In this document: positions 38,975 through 49,958 of the stretch, in pieces | How the letters are laid out: each line of letters begins with the position of its first letter | Numbering within the stretch: position 1 is the first letter of the stretch | DNA from: an uncultured Bacteroidales bacterium | GTDB taxonomy: Bacteria > Bacteroidota > Bacteroidia > Bacteroidales > Bacteroidaceae | Direction of reading: 5' to 3' | Length of the DNA stretch: 64,000 bases | Assembly (NCBI GenBank): GCA_902775375.1 | Contig: CACYLU010000004.1 | Location: forward strand, 16,265 to 80,264 | Position numbers and translations under genes: made by a program | Notes under the pieces: generated by a model | The model's database searches: none | What the model saw: the letters and a program-made list of their open reading frames with translations, nothing else | What the model was told of the DNA's origin: nothing

Positions 38975-40618
38975 ATGACAAAAAGTGCATTGCAAATCGC
39001 AAGGGCTGCATATCAGCCCAAACTGCCTAAGGCACTGAGAGGTAATGTTAAGACCGTTGCTGGTGAGCCTACTCAGTCTGTTGCAGACCAAGAAGAGATC
39101 AAGAAGCTGTTTCCTAACACTTATGGAATGCCTCTGATCAAGTTTGAAAATACTGATGAGGCTGCAGACTTCGCTCCTATGAATGTGGGTGTTATCTTGT
39201 CAGGTGGTCAGGCTCCTGGTGGACATAATGTGATCTCAGGTCTGTTTGACGGATTGAAGAAGTTGAACCCAGCTAACCGTCTTTATGGATTTTTGATGGG
39301 TCCTGGTGGTCTGGTGGATCATAAATACATTGAATTGACAGCTGATATTATCGACGAGTATCGTAATACTGGTGGTTTCGATATCATAGGTTCTGGTCGT
39401 ACTAAACTGGAGAAGGTGGATCAGTTTGAGAAGGGTCTGGAAATCCTGAAAAAGCTTGACATTAAGGCTGTAGTTATTATTGGTGGTGATGACTCAAATA
39501 CCAATGCTTGCGTTCTGGCTGAGTATTATGCTGCTAAAAACTATGGTATTCAGGTAATTGGATGTCCTAAGACTATTGACGGTGACCTGAAGAATGATCA
39601 GATTGAGACTTCTTTTGGGTTCGATACTGCTTGCAAGACTTATTCTGAAGTAATAGGTAATATTGAGCGCGACTGCAACTCTGCTCGTAAGTATTGGCAC
39701 TTCATCAAGTTGATGGGTCGTTCTGCATCTCACATTGCTCTGGAGTGTGCTTTGCAAGTACAGCCGAACTACACCATCATTTCTGAGGAAGTAGAAGCTA
39801 AGGATCTGTCACTGGATGATATCGTTACTGATATTGCTAAAACTGTAGCTGATCGTGCAGCTGATGGCAACAACTTCGGTACCGTGCTGATACCTGAAGG
39901 CCTGATTGAGTTTATCCCTGCTATGAAACGTCTGATTGCGGAATTGAACGACTTGCTTGCTGCTAAGGGTGCTGAGTTTGCTGAGGTTCCTGCAAACAAG
40001 CAGCGTCAGTATATCATTGACAATCTTTCTAAGGTGAATGCTGAGATCTATGCTTCTCTGCCAGAGGGTGTGGCTCGCCAGTTGTCACTGGAGCGTGACC
40101 CACATGGAAACGTACAGGTATCTCTGATTGAAACTGAGAAGTTGCTGAGTGAAATGGTGGGTAACAAGTTGGCTGCATGGAAGAAGGAAGGCAAGTATGT
40201 GGGCAAGTTCTCTGCTTTGCACCACTTCTTTGGTTACGAAGGACGTTGTGCTGCTCCTTCTAACTTCGATGCTGACTATTGCTACTCATTAGGTTTCACA
40301 GCTTCTGTATTGATTGCCAATGGCAAGACTGGTTACATGGCTTCTGTAAAGAATCTGACAGCTCCTGCTGAGCAGTGGATTGCTGGTGGTATTCCAATCA
40401 CTATGATGTTCAATATGGAGCGTCGTAACGGTGAGATGAAACCAGTTATTCGCAAGGCATTAGTTGATCTGAATGGTGCTCCTTTCAAGGCTTTGGCAGC
40501 TAACCGTGCTAAGTGGGCTAAGGAAACAGCATTTGTTTATCCTGGTCCTATCCAGTACTTCGGCCCTTCAGAGGTTTGCGACCAGCCGACCAAGACCTTG
40601 CAGCTTGAAAAAGCATAA
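38975..40618 (+). CDS. pfp: Pyrophosphate-dependent phosphofructokinase
   Basis: Motifs [58 protein letters not shown]. Confidence 0.97.
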   Translation: MTKSALQIARAAYQPKLPKALRGNVKTVAGEPTQSVADQEEIKKLFPNTYGMPLIKFENTDEAADFAPMNVGVILSGGQAPGGHNVISGLFDGLKKLNPANRLYGFLMGPGGLVDHKYIELTADIIDEYRNTGGFDIIGSGRTKLEKVDQFEKGLEILKKLDIKAVVIIGGDDSNTNACVLAEYYAAKNYGIQVIGCPKTIDGDLKNDQIETSFGFDTACKTYSEVIGNIERDCNSARKYWHFIKLMGRSASHIALECALQVQPNYTIISEEVEAKDLSLDDIVTDIAKTVADRAADGNNFGTVLIPEGLIEFIPAMKRLIAELNDLLAAKGAEFAEVPANKQRQYIIDNLSKVNAEIYASLPEGVARQLSLERDPHGNVQVSLIETEKLLSEMVGNKLAAWKKEGKYVGKFSALHHFFGYEGRCAAPSNFDADYCYSLGFTASVLIANGKTGYMASVKNLTAPAEQWIAGGIPITMMFNMERRNGEMKPVIRKALVDLNGAPFKALAANRAKWAKETAFVYPGPIQYFGPSEVCDQPTKTLQLEKA

Positions 40619-40646
40619 TCATTATTAATGTATAAAAGGTAATCTG

Positions 40647-40681
40647 AGAGACTTCCTGTAGTAGGCAGGAAGTCTCTTTTT
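40647..40681 (+). terminator. Intrinsic terminator after pfp
   Basis: Perfect 12-bp stem AGAGACTTCCTG/CAGGAAGTCTCT followed by a T-run. Confidence 0.85.
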
Positions 40682-40684
40682 CCA

Positions 40685-41536
40685 ATGAAAAAGACGAAAA
40701 ATAACAAGAAGTCTGTAAGAAGGAAGAGCAGCAGAAAGGTTAACGACAATTCTACCTGGAAGCGAAACCTCCTAGCTATTGGCATAGTGCTAGTGCTTGG
40801 GCTGGCTTTTTATTATCTTTTCGTCAATCCATATAGTTATAGGTGGAAACCTTGTTATGGCAACAAAGGCTATGGAGTTTGTATGCCGTTCTCATATAAT
40901 GTTCATGGCATAGATATTTCTCACTATCAGGGAGTAGTGGATTGGGCTATGCTGTCGAATACACAGAATGATGCAGAGTTTCCTCTGCGATTCTTGTTTA
41001 TGAAGGCTACTGAAGGAGGTGATCTTACTGACGATACTTTCCAGCAGAATTTCCAACGTGCCAAAGACTGGGGCTTTCTACGTGGGGCGTATCATTATTT
41101 CATTCCTACCACTGACGCGCGGAAACAGGCTCAGTTCTTTATTAGTCAGGTAAATCTTCAACCTGGTGATTTGCCCCCTGTGCTTGACATAGAAGTCTCA
41201 CCTAAACGCAAGATGCAGCAACAGTTTGTGCAGAATGTCAAGACCTGGCTCGATGTGGTGGAAGCATATTATGGCGTAAAGCCCATATTGTATGCTAGCT
41301 ATAAATTTAAGGAGAAGTACTTAAACGATACTATTTTCGATCGTTATCCTTATTGGATTGCCCATTATTATGTTGACTCTGTGCAATACCAAGGGCACTG
41401 GGATTTTTGGCAACATAACGACGCAGGGGCAGTGCCAGGCATCAAAGAGCAAGTTGACTTGAATATATTCAATGGATCTTTTGAACAGTTACAAAAACTT
41501 ACCTTGCCAGAGCCTCTTGACCTTCAAACCCCCTAA
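40685..41536 (+). CDS. GH25 muramidase (lysozyme) with N-terminal membrane anchor
   Basis: Basic N-terminus and TM helix. Motifs GIDISHYQG, KATEG, GAYHYF, LPPVLDIE, FWQH...G.VPGI...VDLN. Confidence 0.93.
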   Translation: MKKTKNNKKSVRRKSSRKVNDNSTWKRNLLAIGIVLVLGLAFYYLFVNPYSYRWKPCYGNKGYGVCMPFSYNVHGIDISHYQGVVDWAMLSNTQNDAEFPLRFLFMKATEGGDLTDDTFQQNFQRAKDWGFLRGAYHYFIPTTDARKQAQFFISQVNLQPGDLPPVLDIEVSPKRKMQQQFVQNVKTWLDVVEAYYGVKPILYASYKFKEKYLNDTIFDRYPYWIAHYYVDSVQYQGHWDFWQHNDAGAVPGIKEQVDLNIFNGSFEQLQKLTLPEPLDLQTP

Positions 41537-41570
41537 TATCTTTTTTCAGCTATCGTAAAATAATGTTGTG

Positions 41571-41632
41571 GCTTACTAGTAGTAAAGCCTCCTTTTACTA
41601 GTAGTAAAACGGTAGCTTACTAGTAGTAGAAG
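41571..41632. repeat. Three TTACTAGTAGTA units at 22-bp period
   Basis: TTAC starts at 41573, 41595 and 41617. Confidence 0.85.
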
Positions 41633-41752
41633 TTTCATGTGTTGATTGTTGTCACGAATCAACATTAAATGTTAGCATTTATGTTTTCGCTGCTCCAAAA
41701 TTTGTTTCTATCTTTGGATTATATTATCTTTGCGAAAAAAGGAGGCTTGTCA

Positions 41753-42358
41753 ATGAAAAAGATAAATTATGCATTTATTCGTGCCATTTGTGCTTTAGTG
41801 GCAGGAATTGTCCTTGTAATGTTTCCTTCAGAAGCAGGTAACTATTTTGTTATTACCATAGGAGCATTGTTTATGGTGCCATCTTTAATAGGACTGATTA
41901 GCTATTTTGCCCAACGCAAGGAGTATCCTGCATTTTTTCCTGTTGATTCGATAGGTGGTATCTTGTTTGGCTTGTTGTTGATGCTGATGCCAGGTTTCTT
42001 TGCCAATTTCCTGACGTTTGTACTGGGTTTCTTTCTACTGATAGGAGGAATACAGCAACTTTCAACCCTTATTGCTGCACGTCAGTGGTCAAAAGTGCCA
42101 CTCGTTTATTATATAGTGCCATCACTAATATTTTTGGCTGGCATTTATGCAATCACCAATCCGAATGGAACACGTTCTACTGCATTTATTATAATAGGGA
42201 TTACTTGCATCTTTTATGCTGTGTTTGAACTCGTCAACTGGTATATGTTCACACGTCTTCGCCCTAAACTAAATGAAACACAGGATGTGACAAAGTTTGA
42301 CAAGAATGACTCGGATATTGAAGACGCGCAGATTGTAGAAGATGATAGCGCAGAATGA
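41753..42358 (+). CDS. DUF308/HdeD-family membrane protein
   Basis: About six TM helices, G..LLIGGIQQL pattern, acidic tail. Start placed at M29 after the -7 box TATCTTTG (41725-41732). Confidence 0.8.
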   Translation: MKKINYAFIRAICALVAGIVLVMFPSEAGNYFVITIGALFMVPSLIGLISYFAQRKEYPAFFPVDSIGGILFGLLLMLMPGFFANFLTFVLGFFLLIGGIQQLSTLIAARQWSKVPLVYYIVPSLIFLAGIYAITNPNGTRSTAFIIIGITCIFYAVFELVNWYMFTRLRPKLNETQDVTKFDKNDSDIEDAQIVEDDSAE

Positions 42359-43688
42359 GATATTGAAAAACCTTGGGGTTGAAGAACTCAATCCTATGCA
42401 GTTGGCTACCTTGGAAGCATTTGGGGTGGACAAGAACCTTGTGTTACTATCGCCAACAGGCTCTGGAAAGACGTTGGCTTTTCTGTTACCTTTGGTGCAA
42501 CGACTGGATGCTGAAAGCAATGATGTTCAGGCGGTGATTCTGGCTCCATCGCGTGAGTTGGCTCTACAGATAGAAACTGTGTTCAAGCAAATGGGTACAC
42601 CTTTCAAGGTGATGAGTTGCTATGGTGGGCGTCCTGCTATGGATGAGCATCGGACTATGAACGGAATTCATCCTCAGGTGATAGTGGGAACTCCAGGACG
42701 TATGAACGACCATCTGGAGAAACGGAATTTTAATGCTAAGACAGTAACCACTCTTGTTATTGATGAGTTTGACAAATGCTTGGAATTCGGTTTCCAAGAA
42801 GAAATGTCTGAGGTGATAGGGAAACTGCCCTCACTGAAGAAGCGCGTGCTACTTTCAGCAACTAATGCCGATGAGATACCCCAATTCACTGGTGTGGCTA
42901 CAACTGAAGAAGGTAAGTTGTTAAAAAATAAAGTTATTAAACTTGATTTCTCTCAATCGAGTTATGGTGCTACTAATTTGTTGCTCCAAGTGGTAAACTC
43001 CCCAATAAAGGATAAATTAGAAACACTGTATCGTTTGTTGTGCCAGCTTGGCAATCAAACCTCGTTGGTGTTTGTGAACTATCGTGAGAGTGTTGAACGT
43101 GTGACGGGTTATTTGCAGGCTAAACGATTTCCTTGTGATATGTTTCATGGTGGCATGGAACAGGATGATCGAGAACGTTCACTTTACAAATTCCGCAATG
43201 GCACTTGTCCAGTATTAATATCGACCGATTTGGCTGCTCGAGGATTAGATATTCCAGGCATTGACAACGTGATTCACTATCATTTGCCTGTCAATGAAGA
43301 ATCTTTCACACATCGCAACGGACGTACTGCACGCTGGGATGCTACGGGGCAGTCTTTCATGATTCTTGGGCCTGAGGAACAATTGCCTGGCTATGTGGAT
43401 GCAAATGTATCCGTATTTGACTTGCCTGAAAATACGCCTATGCCTCCAAAGCAGGAATGGGCTACTGTCTATATTGGTAGGGGTAAGAAAGATAAACTGA
43501 ACAAGGTGGATGTAGTGGGTTTCTTTTATAAGAAAGGATGTCTTGATAGGAATGATATAGGACAGGTGGATGTAAAAGACCATTATGCTTTTGTGGCTGT
43601 CAAACGGTCGAAAGTCAATCAGTTGCTTAAGTTGGTGGCGGGAGAAAAGATAAAAGGAATGCGCACCATTATAGAAGAAGCAATATAA
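42342..43688 (+). CDS. DEAD-box RNA helicase with DbpA-type C-terminal RNA-binding domain
   Basis: Motifs SPTGSGKT, LAPSRELALQ, GTPGR, DEFD, LLSAT, HRNGRTAR. C-terminal YIGRGKKDKLNKVDVVG. Confidence 0.93.
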   Translation: MIAQNEILKNLGVEELNPMQLATLEAFGVDKNLVLLSPTGSGKTLAFLLPLVQRLDAESNDVQAVILAPSRELALQIETVFKQMGTPFKVMSCYGGRPAMDEHRTMNGIHPQVIVGTPGRMNDHLEKRNFNAKTVTTLVIDEFDKCLEFGFQEEMSEVIGKLPSLKKRVLLSATNADEIPQFTGVATTEEGKLLKNKVIKLDFSQSSYGATNLLLQVVNSPIKDKLETLYRLLCQLGNQTSLVFVNYRESVERVTGYLQAKRFPCDMFHGGMEQDDRERSLYKFRNGTCPVLISTDLAARGLDIPGIDNVIHYHLPVNEESFTHRNGRTARWDATGQSFMILGPEEQLPGYVDANVSVFDLPENTPMPPKQEWATVYIGRGKKDKLNKVDVVGFFYKKGCLDRNDIGQVDVKDHYAFVAVKRSKVNQLLKLVAGEKIKGMRTIIEEAI

Positions 43689-43703
43689 AAAAGTTCGCGT
43701 TTC

Positions 43704-43734
43704 TTTGCCATAAACAAATAAATTGCTAACTTCG
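43704..43734 (+). promoter_or_regulatory. serC promoter (-33 TTTG, 19 nt, -7 TAACTTCG)
   Basis: Canonical Bacteroidetes spacing. Confidence 0.65.
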
Positions 43735-43791
43735 CATCATATTTATTGAAAAAAGGAAACAAAATAGTTTTATTTAATAAACAAATGCTTT

Positions 43792-44859
43792 ATGAAGAAG
43801 TATAATTTCAATGCAGGTCCATCAATCCTCCCTCGTGAGGTGATTGAGGCTACTGCCCAACAGATTCTTGATTTCAATGGTTCAGGTTTGTCTTTGATGG
43901 AAATCAGCCATCGTGCAAAAGATTTTCAGCCTGTAGTAGATGAGGCTGTTGCTCTTATTAAAGAAATCCTCGACATTCCAGAGGGCTATTCAGTTATCTT
44001 CCTTGGAGGTGGTGCAAGTCTGGAGTTCTGCATGGTTCCTTATAATTTCCTTGAAAAGAAAGCTGCCTATCTGAATACAGGCGTTTGGGCAAAAAAGGCA
44101 CTTAAAGAGGCTAAGGGCTTTGGTGAGGTAGTAGAAGTCGCTTCTTCTGCAGACAAGAATTTTACCTATATTCCTAAGGGCTGGACCTGTCCTACCGATG
44201 TTGATTATCTGCATATTACCACTAATAATACTATCTATGGTACAGAAATTCGCAAGGACTTGGATGTGCCTGTACCAATGATTGCCGATATGTCTTCAGA
44301 TATCTTTAGTCGTCCAATCGATGTGAAGAAATATAAATGTATTTATGCAGGTGCACAGAAGAACTTGGCAATGGCTGGTGTTACATTGGTGATTGTGAAA
44401 GACGACGAGCTGGGCAAGGTGAGTCGTTATATTCCTACGATGCTTGATTACCGCACTCATGTAGCTAAAGGATCTATGTTCAATACCCCTCCAGTAGTGC
44501 CAATTTATTCAGCATTGGAGAACCTGCGCTGGATTAAGAAGTCTGGTGGTGTTGAGGAAATGGACCGTCGTGCAAAAGAACGTGCAGAGATGTTGTATAA
44601 TGAGATTGATCGTAACAAGATGTTCCGTGGAACCGTTGTTCCTGAGGATCGTTCTTTGATGAACCTTTGCTTTGTGATGGCTGATGAGTACAAAGATCTG
44701 GAGAAAGATTTCTTAGACTTTGCAGTAGCAAATGGTATGGTGGGCGTGAAAGGACATCGTGATGTAGGTGGTTTCCGCGCTTCTTGCTATAATGCACAGC
44801 CTCTGGAAGGTGTGAAGGCATTGGTGGCATGCATGCAATTGTTCGAATCTAAACATTAA
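43792..44859 (+). CDS. serC: Phosphoserine aminotransferase
   Basis: Motifs [65 protein letters not shown]. Confidence 0.97.
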   Translation: MKKYNFNAGPSILPREVIEATAQQILDFNGSGLSLMEISHRAKDFQPVVDEAVALIKEILDIPEGYSVIFLGGGASLEFCMVPYNFLEKKAAYLNTGVWAKKALKEAKGFGEVVEVASSADKNFTYIPKGWTCPTDVDYLHITTNNTIYGTEIRKDLDVPVPMIADMSSDIFSRPIDVKKYKCIYAGAQKNLAMAGVTLVIVKDDELGKVSRYIPTMLDYRTHVAKGSMFNTPPVVPIYSALENLRWIKKSGGVEEMDRRAKERAEMLYNEIDRNKMFRGTVVPEDRSLMNLCFVMADEYKDLEKDFLDFAVANGMVGVKGHRDVGGFRASCYNAQPLEGVKALVACMQLFESKH

Positions 44860-44863
44860 TGAG

Positions 44864-45784
44864 ATGAAAGTATTAATTGCTACAGAAAAACCGTTCGCCA
44901 AAGTGGCTGTTGACGGTATCCGTCAGGAAATAGAAGCTGCTGGTTATGAACTGGCATTGTTGGAGAAATATACTGAGAAGGCACAGCTACTGCAGGCTGT
45001 GAAAGATGCTGACGCCGTGATAATCCGAAGTGATATCATAGATAATGAAGTGCTCGACGCTGCAAAGCAATTAAAGATTGTTGTCCGTGCTGGAGCAGGC
45101 TACGACAATGTGGACTTGGCTGCAGCAACTGCTCACAATGTGGTTGTGATGAACACACCGGGTCAGAATTCTAATGCTGTGGCCGAACTGGTATTTGGAT
45201 TATTGGTGTATGCTGTTCGCAACTTCTATAATGGTAAAGCAGGAACTGAGTTGAAAGGTAAGAAACTTGGTATTCTTGCATTTGGTAATGTTGGCCGAAA
45301 CGTGGCTCGCATCGCCGCAGGTTTTGGTATGGACATTTATGCTTACGATGCATTTTGCCCTAAAGAAGTTATTGAAGCTGCTGGTGTTCATGCTGTTGAT
45401 TCTACCGAAGCTTTGTTCGATACTTGTGACATCGTTTCATTGCATATACCTGCCACCCCTGAGACAAAGAACTCTATCAATTATGAAATGGTGAATCGTC
45501 TACCAAAGGGTGGTATCTTGATTAATACTGCTCGCAAGGAAGTGATTGATGAGGCTGGCTTGATTAAGTTGATGGAGGAGCGTGAAGACTTGAAATATGT
45601 ATCTGATATCGCTCCTGCAGCTGCTGAAGAATTTGCAGCAAAATTTGCCGGGCGGTATTTTGCTACACCTAAGAAGATGGGTGCCCAAACTGCTGAGGCA
45701 AATATCAATGCTGGCATTGCTGCTGCCAAGCAGATTGTTGGATTCTTGCGTGATGGTATCACAAAATTCCAAGTCAATAAATAA
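44864..45784 (+). CDS. serA: D-3-phosphoglycerate dehydrogenase, short type III (Lys at the catalytic His position)
   Basis: Motifs RAGAGYDNVD, VMNTPGQNSNAVAE, LINTARKEV. ATPKKMGAQT replaces the usual TPHIG. No ACT domain. Follows serC. Confidence 0.88.
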   Translation: MKVLIATEKPFAKVAVDGIRQEIEAAGYELALLEKYTEKAQLLQAVKDADAVIIRSDIIDNEVLDAAKQLKIVVRAGAGYDNVDLAAATAHNVVVMNTPGQNSNAVAELVFGLLVYAVRNFYNGKAGTELKGKKLGILAFGNVGRNVARIAAGFGMDIYAYDAFCPKEVIEAAGVHAVDSTEALFDTCDIVSLHIPATPETKNSINYEMVNRLPKGGILINTARKEVIDEAGLIKLMEEREDLKYVSDIAPAAAEEFAAKFAGRYFATPKKMGAQTAEANINAGIAAAKQIVGFLRDGITKFQVNK

Positions 45785-45786
45785 CA

Positions 45787-46383
45787 TTGAGCGATACCTA
45801 TAAAACTATAGAAAAATTAGCAGAAGGAACTTATTCCGAGAAACGGAGTAAGTTCCTTGCATTTGCTATACCAGTGCATTCACTTGACGAGGTAAAGGAG
45901 CATCTGAAGTACTATGAAAAGAAGTATTTCGATGCACGTCATGTATGTTATGCCTATATGTTGGGTACTGATCGTACTAATTTCCGTGCCAATGACAATG
46001 GCGAGCCTAGTGGAACGGCAGGACGCCCAATTCTAGGACAGATAAACTCTTTTGGTCTTACTGACATCTTGTTGTTGGTGGTGCGCTATTTTGGTGGCAT
46101 CAAATTGGGAACAAGTGGCTTGATTGTTGCCTATAAGGCAGCTGCTCAAGAAGCGCTTAATGCTGCTGTAATCATAGAAAAGACGGTGGATGCTGAGGTT
46201 ACTTTTATTTTTGAATATTCCTTCATGAATGATGTGATGAGAATTGTAAAAGAAGAAAGTCCTGAGATTATCTCCCAGGACTTTGATAATAATTGCCGAA
46301 TGACCTTACGTATTAGAAAAAGTCAATTTGATAGACTAAAAGAACGGTTGCAGAAAGTAGAGACCTTGCGTATCATTGAGTGA
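45787..46383 (+). CDS. YigZ/IMPACT family protein (TTG start)
   Basis: Motifs EKRSKFLA, DARHVCYAY, NDNGEPSGTAGRPIL, VVRYFGGIKLGTSGLI.AY. Confidence 0.93.
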   Translation: MSDTYKTIEKLAEGTYSEKRSKFLAFAIPVHSLDEVKEHLKYYEKKYFDARHVCYAYMLGTDRTNFRANDNGEPSGTAGRPILGQINSFGLTDILLLVVRYFGGIKLGTSGLIVAYKAAAQEALNAAVIIEKTVDAEVTFIFEYSFMNDVMRIVKEESPEIISQDFDNNCRMTLRIRKSQFDRLKERLQKVETLRIIE

Positions 46384-46413
46384 TCCTTACTCCCTGTCAT
46401 CTTTTGCCTTCTT

Positions 46414-49266
46414 TTATTCTTCAAATGTTTGATAGCGCGTGGTTAGCAGTTTACGGTCTCCCAATGTGTCATTTACACGGGCTACATTTACCCAGAATTT
46501 ATTTTCTTTCACACTTTCAATAGGATAAGCAGCTTTTTCGCGACTATAGCTGTGAGTCCATTCGTTTGCCACCAATTCATACTCAGGGTGAGGCGCATTC
46601 ACCAATACATTGTCTACTTTGTCTGCAGAACCGTTTCTTACTTCCTCAATTTCCTTCCAAATAGTCTGCATCACTACAATGAAGTTGTCGAGCTCAGTCA
46701 GACTCTCACTCTCGGTTGGTTCTACCATCAATGTTCCATGAACTGGGAATGAAAGGGTAGGTGCATGATAACCATAGTCCATCAAGCGCTTAGCAATATC
46801 AGCCTCACTAATACCTACTTCTTCGTGTAGTTTCCTGCAATCCAGGATCATCTCATGACCAACAAAACCGTTGACGCCACGATAAACTATGCCATAGGTA
46901 TCTTGTAGACATTTAGCCAGGTAGTTAGCACTTAAAATGGCTATTTTTGTCGCACGAGTTAGCCCCTCTGTACCCATCATGCGGATATAACCATAAGCAA
47001 TAGGCAAGATGCCTGCACTTCCAAATGGAGCTGCAGAAACTTCATTAGCTGCATTACCAAACAATGGATGGCCAGGTAAGAAGGGAACCAAGTGTTGTTT
47101 CACGCATACGGGACCAACACCAGGACCTCCTCCACCGTGTGGAGAAGAGAATGTTTTATGTAAATTCAGATGACAAACATCAGCTCCGATGGTACCTGGG
47201 TTTGTAAGGCCAACCTGAGCATTCATGTTAGCACCATCCATATAAACTTGTGCGCCATTAGAATGAATGATATTGCATATTTCCTTTATTTCTACCTCGA
47301 AAATTCCATGGGTAGAAGGGTAGGTAATCATCAATGCAGCCAAAACATCTTTGTTGGCTACTGCTTTTTCTCGCAGGTCATTCAAATCAACATTACCTTT
47401 CTCGTCGCAAGCTACAGTAACGGGAGTAAAACCTGCTTGTACAGCTGAGGCTGGGTTTGTACCATGGGCAGAGGCAGGAATTAACACAATGTTCCTTTGG
47501 CTTTGTCCGATGCTCTCCAAATAAGAGCGGATGATGCGTAGCCCAGTGTATTCTCCAGCTGCACCCGAATTTGGTTGCAATGTAACGCCGTCGAAGCCTG
47601 TGATGATTTGCAGTTCTTCGCAGAGATTGTTTATCAACTTACGATAGCCTTGAGCTTGTTCAGCAGGCACTAATGGATGAAGATTGGTAAATCCAGACAA
47701 GCTTAGAGGAAGCATTTCTGAAGCAGGATTCATCTTCATGGTACATGATCCTAAAGAAATCATGGAATGGGTAAGAGAGATGTCCTTGCGGTCAAGACGC
47801 TTGATATAGCGCATCATCTCCATCTCAGTATGGTATTTCTGAAATACTTCATGTGTTAAGTAAGAGGATGTGCGTAACAATACCTTATTTATACTATTAA
47901 TATAAGGTACGTCATCAACCGCTTCAAACTCATGCTGAGCTGCAGTAGCGAAAATGCGTAACAGTTCGTTAAGAGCAGAAATGTCTGTGGTCTCGTCGAT
48001 GCTCAATCCTACATGTCCGTTGCTGAAGTAGTGGAGATTGACTTTGTGCTCAAGTGCCACCGCTTTCAACTGCTCAATAGTTGTACCCTTAGGTAATCCA
48101 AGATGAAGAGTATCGAAAAACTGTTCATTATATTGCTTATAGCCGTAAGAATCTAATTTCTCTGCTAAAAGTGAAGTAATGCTGTGAATACGTTCAGCAA
48201 TAGTTCGGATGCCTTCTTGTCCGTGGTAAACAGCATAGAAACCTGCCATGCTTGCCAATAACGCCTGTGATGTGCAGATGTTTGAAGTGGCTTTCTCACG
48301 TTTGATATGCTGCTCACGTGTTTGCAAGGCCATGCGGAAACATGTCTTTCCATATTTATCTTTTGACAAGCCGATAATGCGTCCTGGCATTTGGCGTTTA
48401 TATTCATCACGTGTGGCGAAATAAGCAGCAGAAGGACCTCCATAAAACATAGGAGTACCTAAACGCTGAGAACTACCAAAAACAATATCCGCACCCCATT
48501 CTCCAGGAGGTGTGAGCAGAGCTAAACTTAAAATGTCGGCGGCTACAGCAACCTTGCAATCTGACGCATGTGCCTTTTCGACAAATTCATGGTAGTCTTC
48601 TACATTACCGTCGGCATTAGGATACTGTATGATGCAAGCGAATACTTCAGGCGTAAGAACAGTAGTCTTGTAGTTACCTGTCTTGATGATAATTCCTTGC
48701 GGAACAGCACGGGTTTTCATTACGGCCAAGGTCTGTGGGAAAATACTATCGTCAACGAATACAACATTAGCTCCAGCTTTCTGCTGAGAACGAGAGCGTA
48801 GGTTGTACATCATTGTAACAGCTTCAGCTGCTGCTGTTGCTTCGTCCAGCAGAGAACAGTTAGCTAGAGGCATACCTGTGAGGTCAGAAATGGCTGTCTG
48901 GAAATTCATGAGTGCCTCTAAACGACCTTGTGATACCTCTGACTGATAAGGTGTATAAGAAGTGTACCATACAGGGTTCTCGAATACGTTGCGCTGGATA
49001 ACAGCTGGTGTAATGGTGTTATACCATCCCATGCCAATATATGTGGTATATTGCTTGTTCATAGCCGCTAATTCTGCAATATGTTTGCTATACTGATATT
49101 CAGTCATAGCTTCTGGCAAGTCTAATGGCTCTTTTAGACGGATGTCACCAGGGATTGTTCTATTAATCAATTCGTCAAGGTTCTTAACACCTATTTTCTG
49201 TAACATCAACTGTTCGTCGGCTTCTGTGATGCCGACATGACGATTTACTAAGAGGTCAGTTTTCAT
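46414..49266 (-). CDS. gcvP: Glycine dehydrogenase (decarboxylating), glycine cleavage P protein
   Basis: Motifs YTSYTPYQSEVSQGRLE, REQHIKREKATSNICT, SLGSCTMKMN, HLNLHKTF..PHGGGGPG, LMVEPTESES. Confidence 0.98.
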   Translation of the reverse strand: MKTDLLVNRHVGITEADEQLMLQKIGVKNLDELINRTIPGDIRLKEPLDLPEAMTEYQYSKHIAELAAMNKQYTTYIGMGWYNTITPAVIQRNVFENPVWYTSYTPYQSEVSQGRLEALMNFQTAISDLTGMPLANCSLLDEATAAAEAVTMMYNLRSRSQQKAGANVVFVDDSIFPQTLAVMKTRAVPQGIIIKTGNYKTTVLTPEVFACIIQYPNADGNVEDYHEFVEKAHASDCKVAVAADILSLALLTPPGEWGADIVFGSSQRLGTPMFYGGPSAAYFATRDEYKRQMPGRIIGLSKDKYGKTCFRMALQTREQHIKREKATSNICTSQALLASMAGFYAVYHGQEGIRTIAERIHSITSLLAEKLDSYGYKQYNEQFFDTLHLGLPKGTTIEQLKAVALEHKVNLHYFSNGHVGLSIDETTDISALNELLRIFATAAQHEFEAVDDVPYINSINKVLLRTSSYLTHEVFQKYHTEMEMMRYIKRLDRKDISLTHSMISLGSCTMKMNPASEMLPLSLSGFTNLHPLVPAEQAQGYRKLINNLCEELQIITGFDGVTLQPNSGAAGEYTGLRIIRSYLESIGQSQRNIVLIPASAHGTNPASAVQAGFTPVTVACDEKGNVDLNDLREKAVANKDVLAALMITYPSTHGIFEVEIKEICNIIHSNGAQVYMDGANMNAQVGLTNPGTIGADVCHLNLHKTFSSPHGGGGPGVGPVCVKQHLVPFLPGHPLFGNAANEVSAAPFGSAGILPIAYGYIRMMGTEGLTRATKIAILSANYLAKCLQDTYGIVYRGVNGFVGHEMILDCRKLHEEVGISEADIAKRLMDYGYHAPTLSFPVHGTLMVEPTESESLTELDNFIVVMQTIWKEIEEVRNGSADKVDNVLVNAPHPEYELVANEWTHSYSREKAAYPIESVKENKFWVNVARVNDTLGDRKLLTTRYQTFEE

Positions 49267-49316
49267 TTAGTTTTTAGGTTATTATGTATTATACTATCTT
49301 ATTATCGAGAATGAAG

Positions 49317-49958
49317 TTAAATCCTGAAAAAAGGATTCTCTGTCTTTTCTATACCAATAGATGTAGGTGCTCCATGCCCTGGGTAAACAATAGTTTCATC
49401 TGGCAAAACAAACAATTTCTCGCAAATGCCTTCTATCAAGGTATCAAAATTGCCACCGGCTAAGTCGGCACGTCCAATGCTACCTTGAAAAAGGACATCA
49501 CCAGAAAACAAACAGTTGTCTGCTGCACAATAGAAAACAATACTACCAGGCGAATGGCCAGGCACATGAATAACTTCCAATTTAGTGTTGCCAAAGGTGA
49601 CAAAATTCCCCTCATGTAAATGAATCGATGGTGGTGCAGGCTCTTGTTCCAACTTTACTCCAAACATTCTACTCTGTTTTGGAGCTTCTTCTATCCAGAA
49701 AAGGTCTGCTTCATGCGCCTCACTTTTAATACCAAAGGTTTTCTCGCAGAAAGGATTGCCACATATATGGTCTATGTGCAGGTGTGTATTAAGAAGATGC
49801 TTAACCACTAACTCATTGCTGGTAATGTAATCCTTTAGAGCAGTCTTTTCTTCCTCGTAATAACACCCAGGGTCTATCAGTACTGCTTCGTGGGTATCAT
49901 CCCATAATACATAGCAGTTCACAGGGAACATGTTAAATTCAAATCTCTTAATCTTCAT
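49317..49958 (-). CDS. MBL-fold metallo-hydrolase (glyoxalase II-like)
   Basis: Motifs THLHIDHICG, PGHSPGS, FSGDVLF.GSIGRADL, YPGHG. Confidence 0.92.
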   Translation of the reverse strand: MKIKRFEFNMFPVNCYVLWDDTHEAVLIDPGCYYEEEKTALKDYITSNELVVKHLLNTHLHIDHICGNPFCEKTFGIKSEAHEADLFWIEEAPKQSRMFGVKLEQEPAPPSIHLHEGNFVTFGNTKLEVIHVPGHSPGSIVFYCAADNCLFSGDVLFQGSIGRADLAGGNFDTLIEGICEKLFVLPDETIVYPGHGAPTSIGIEKTENPFFRI

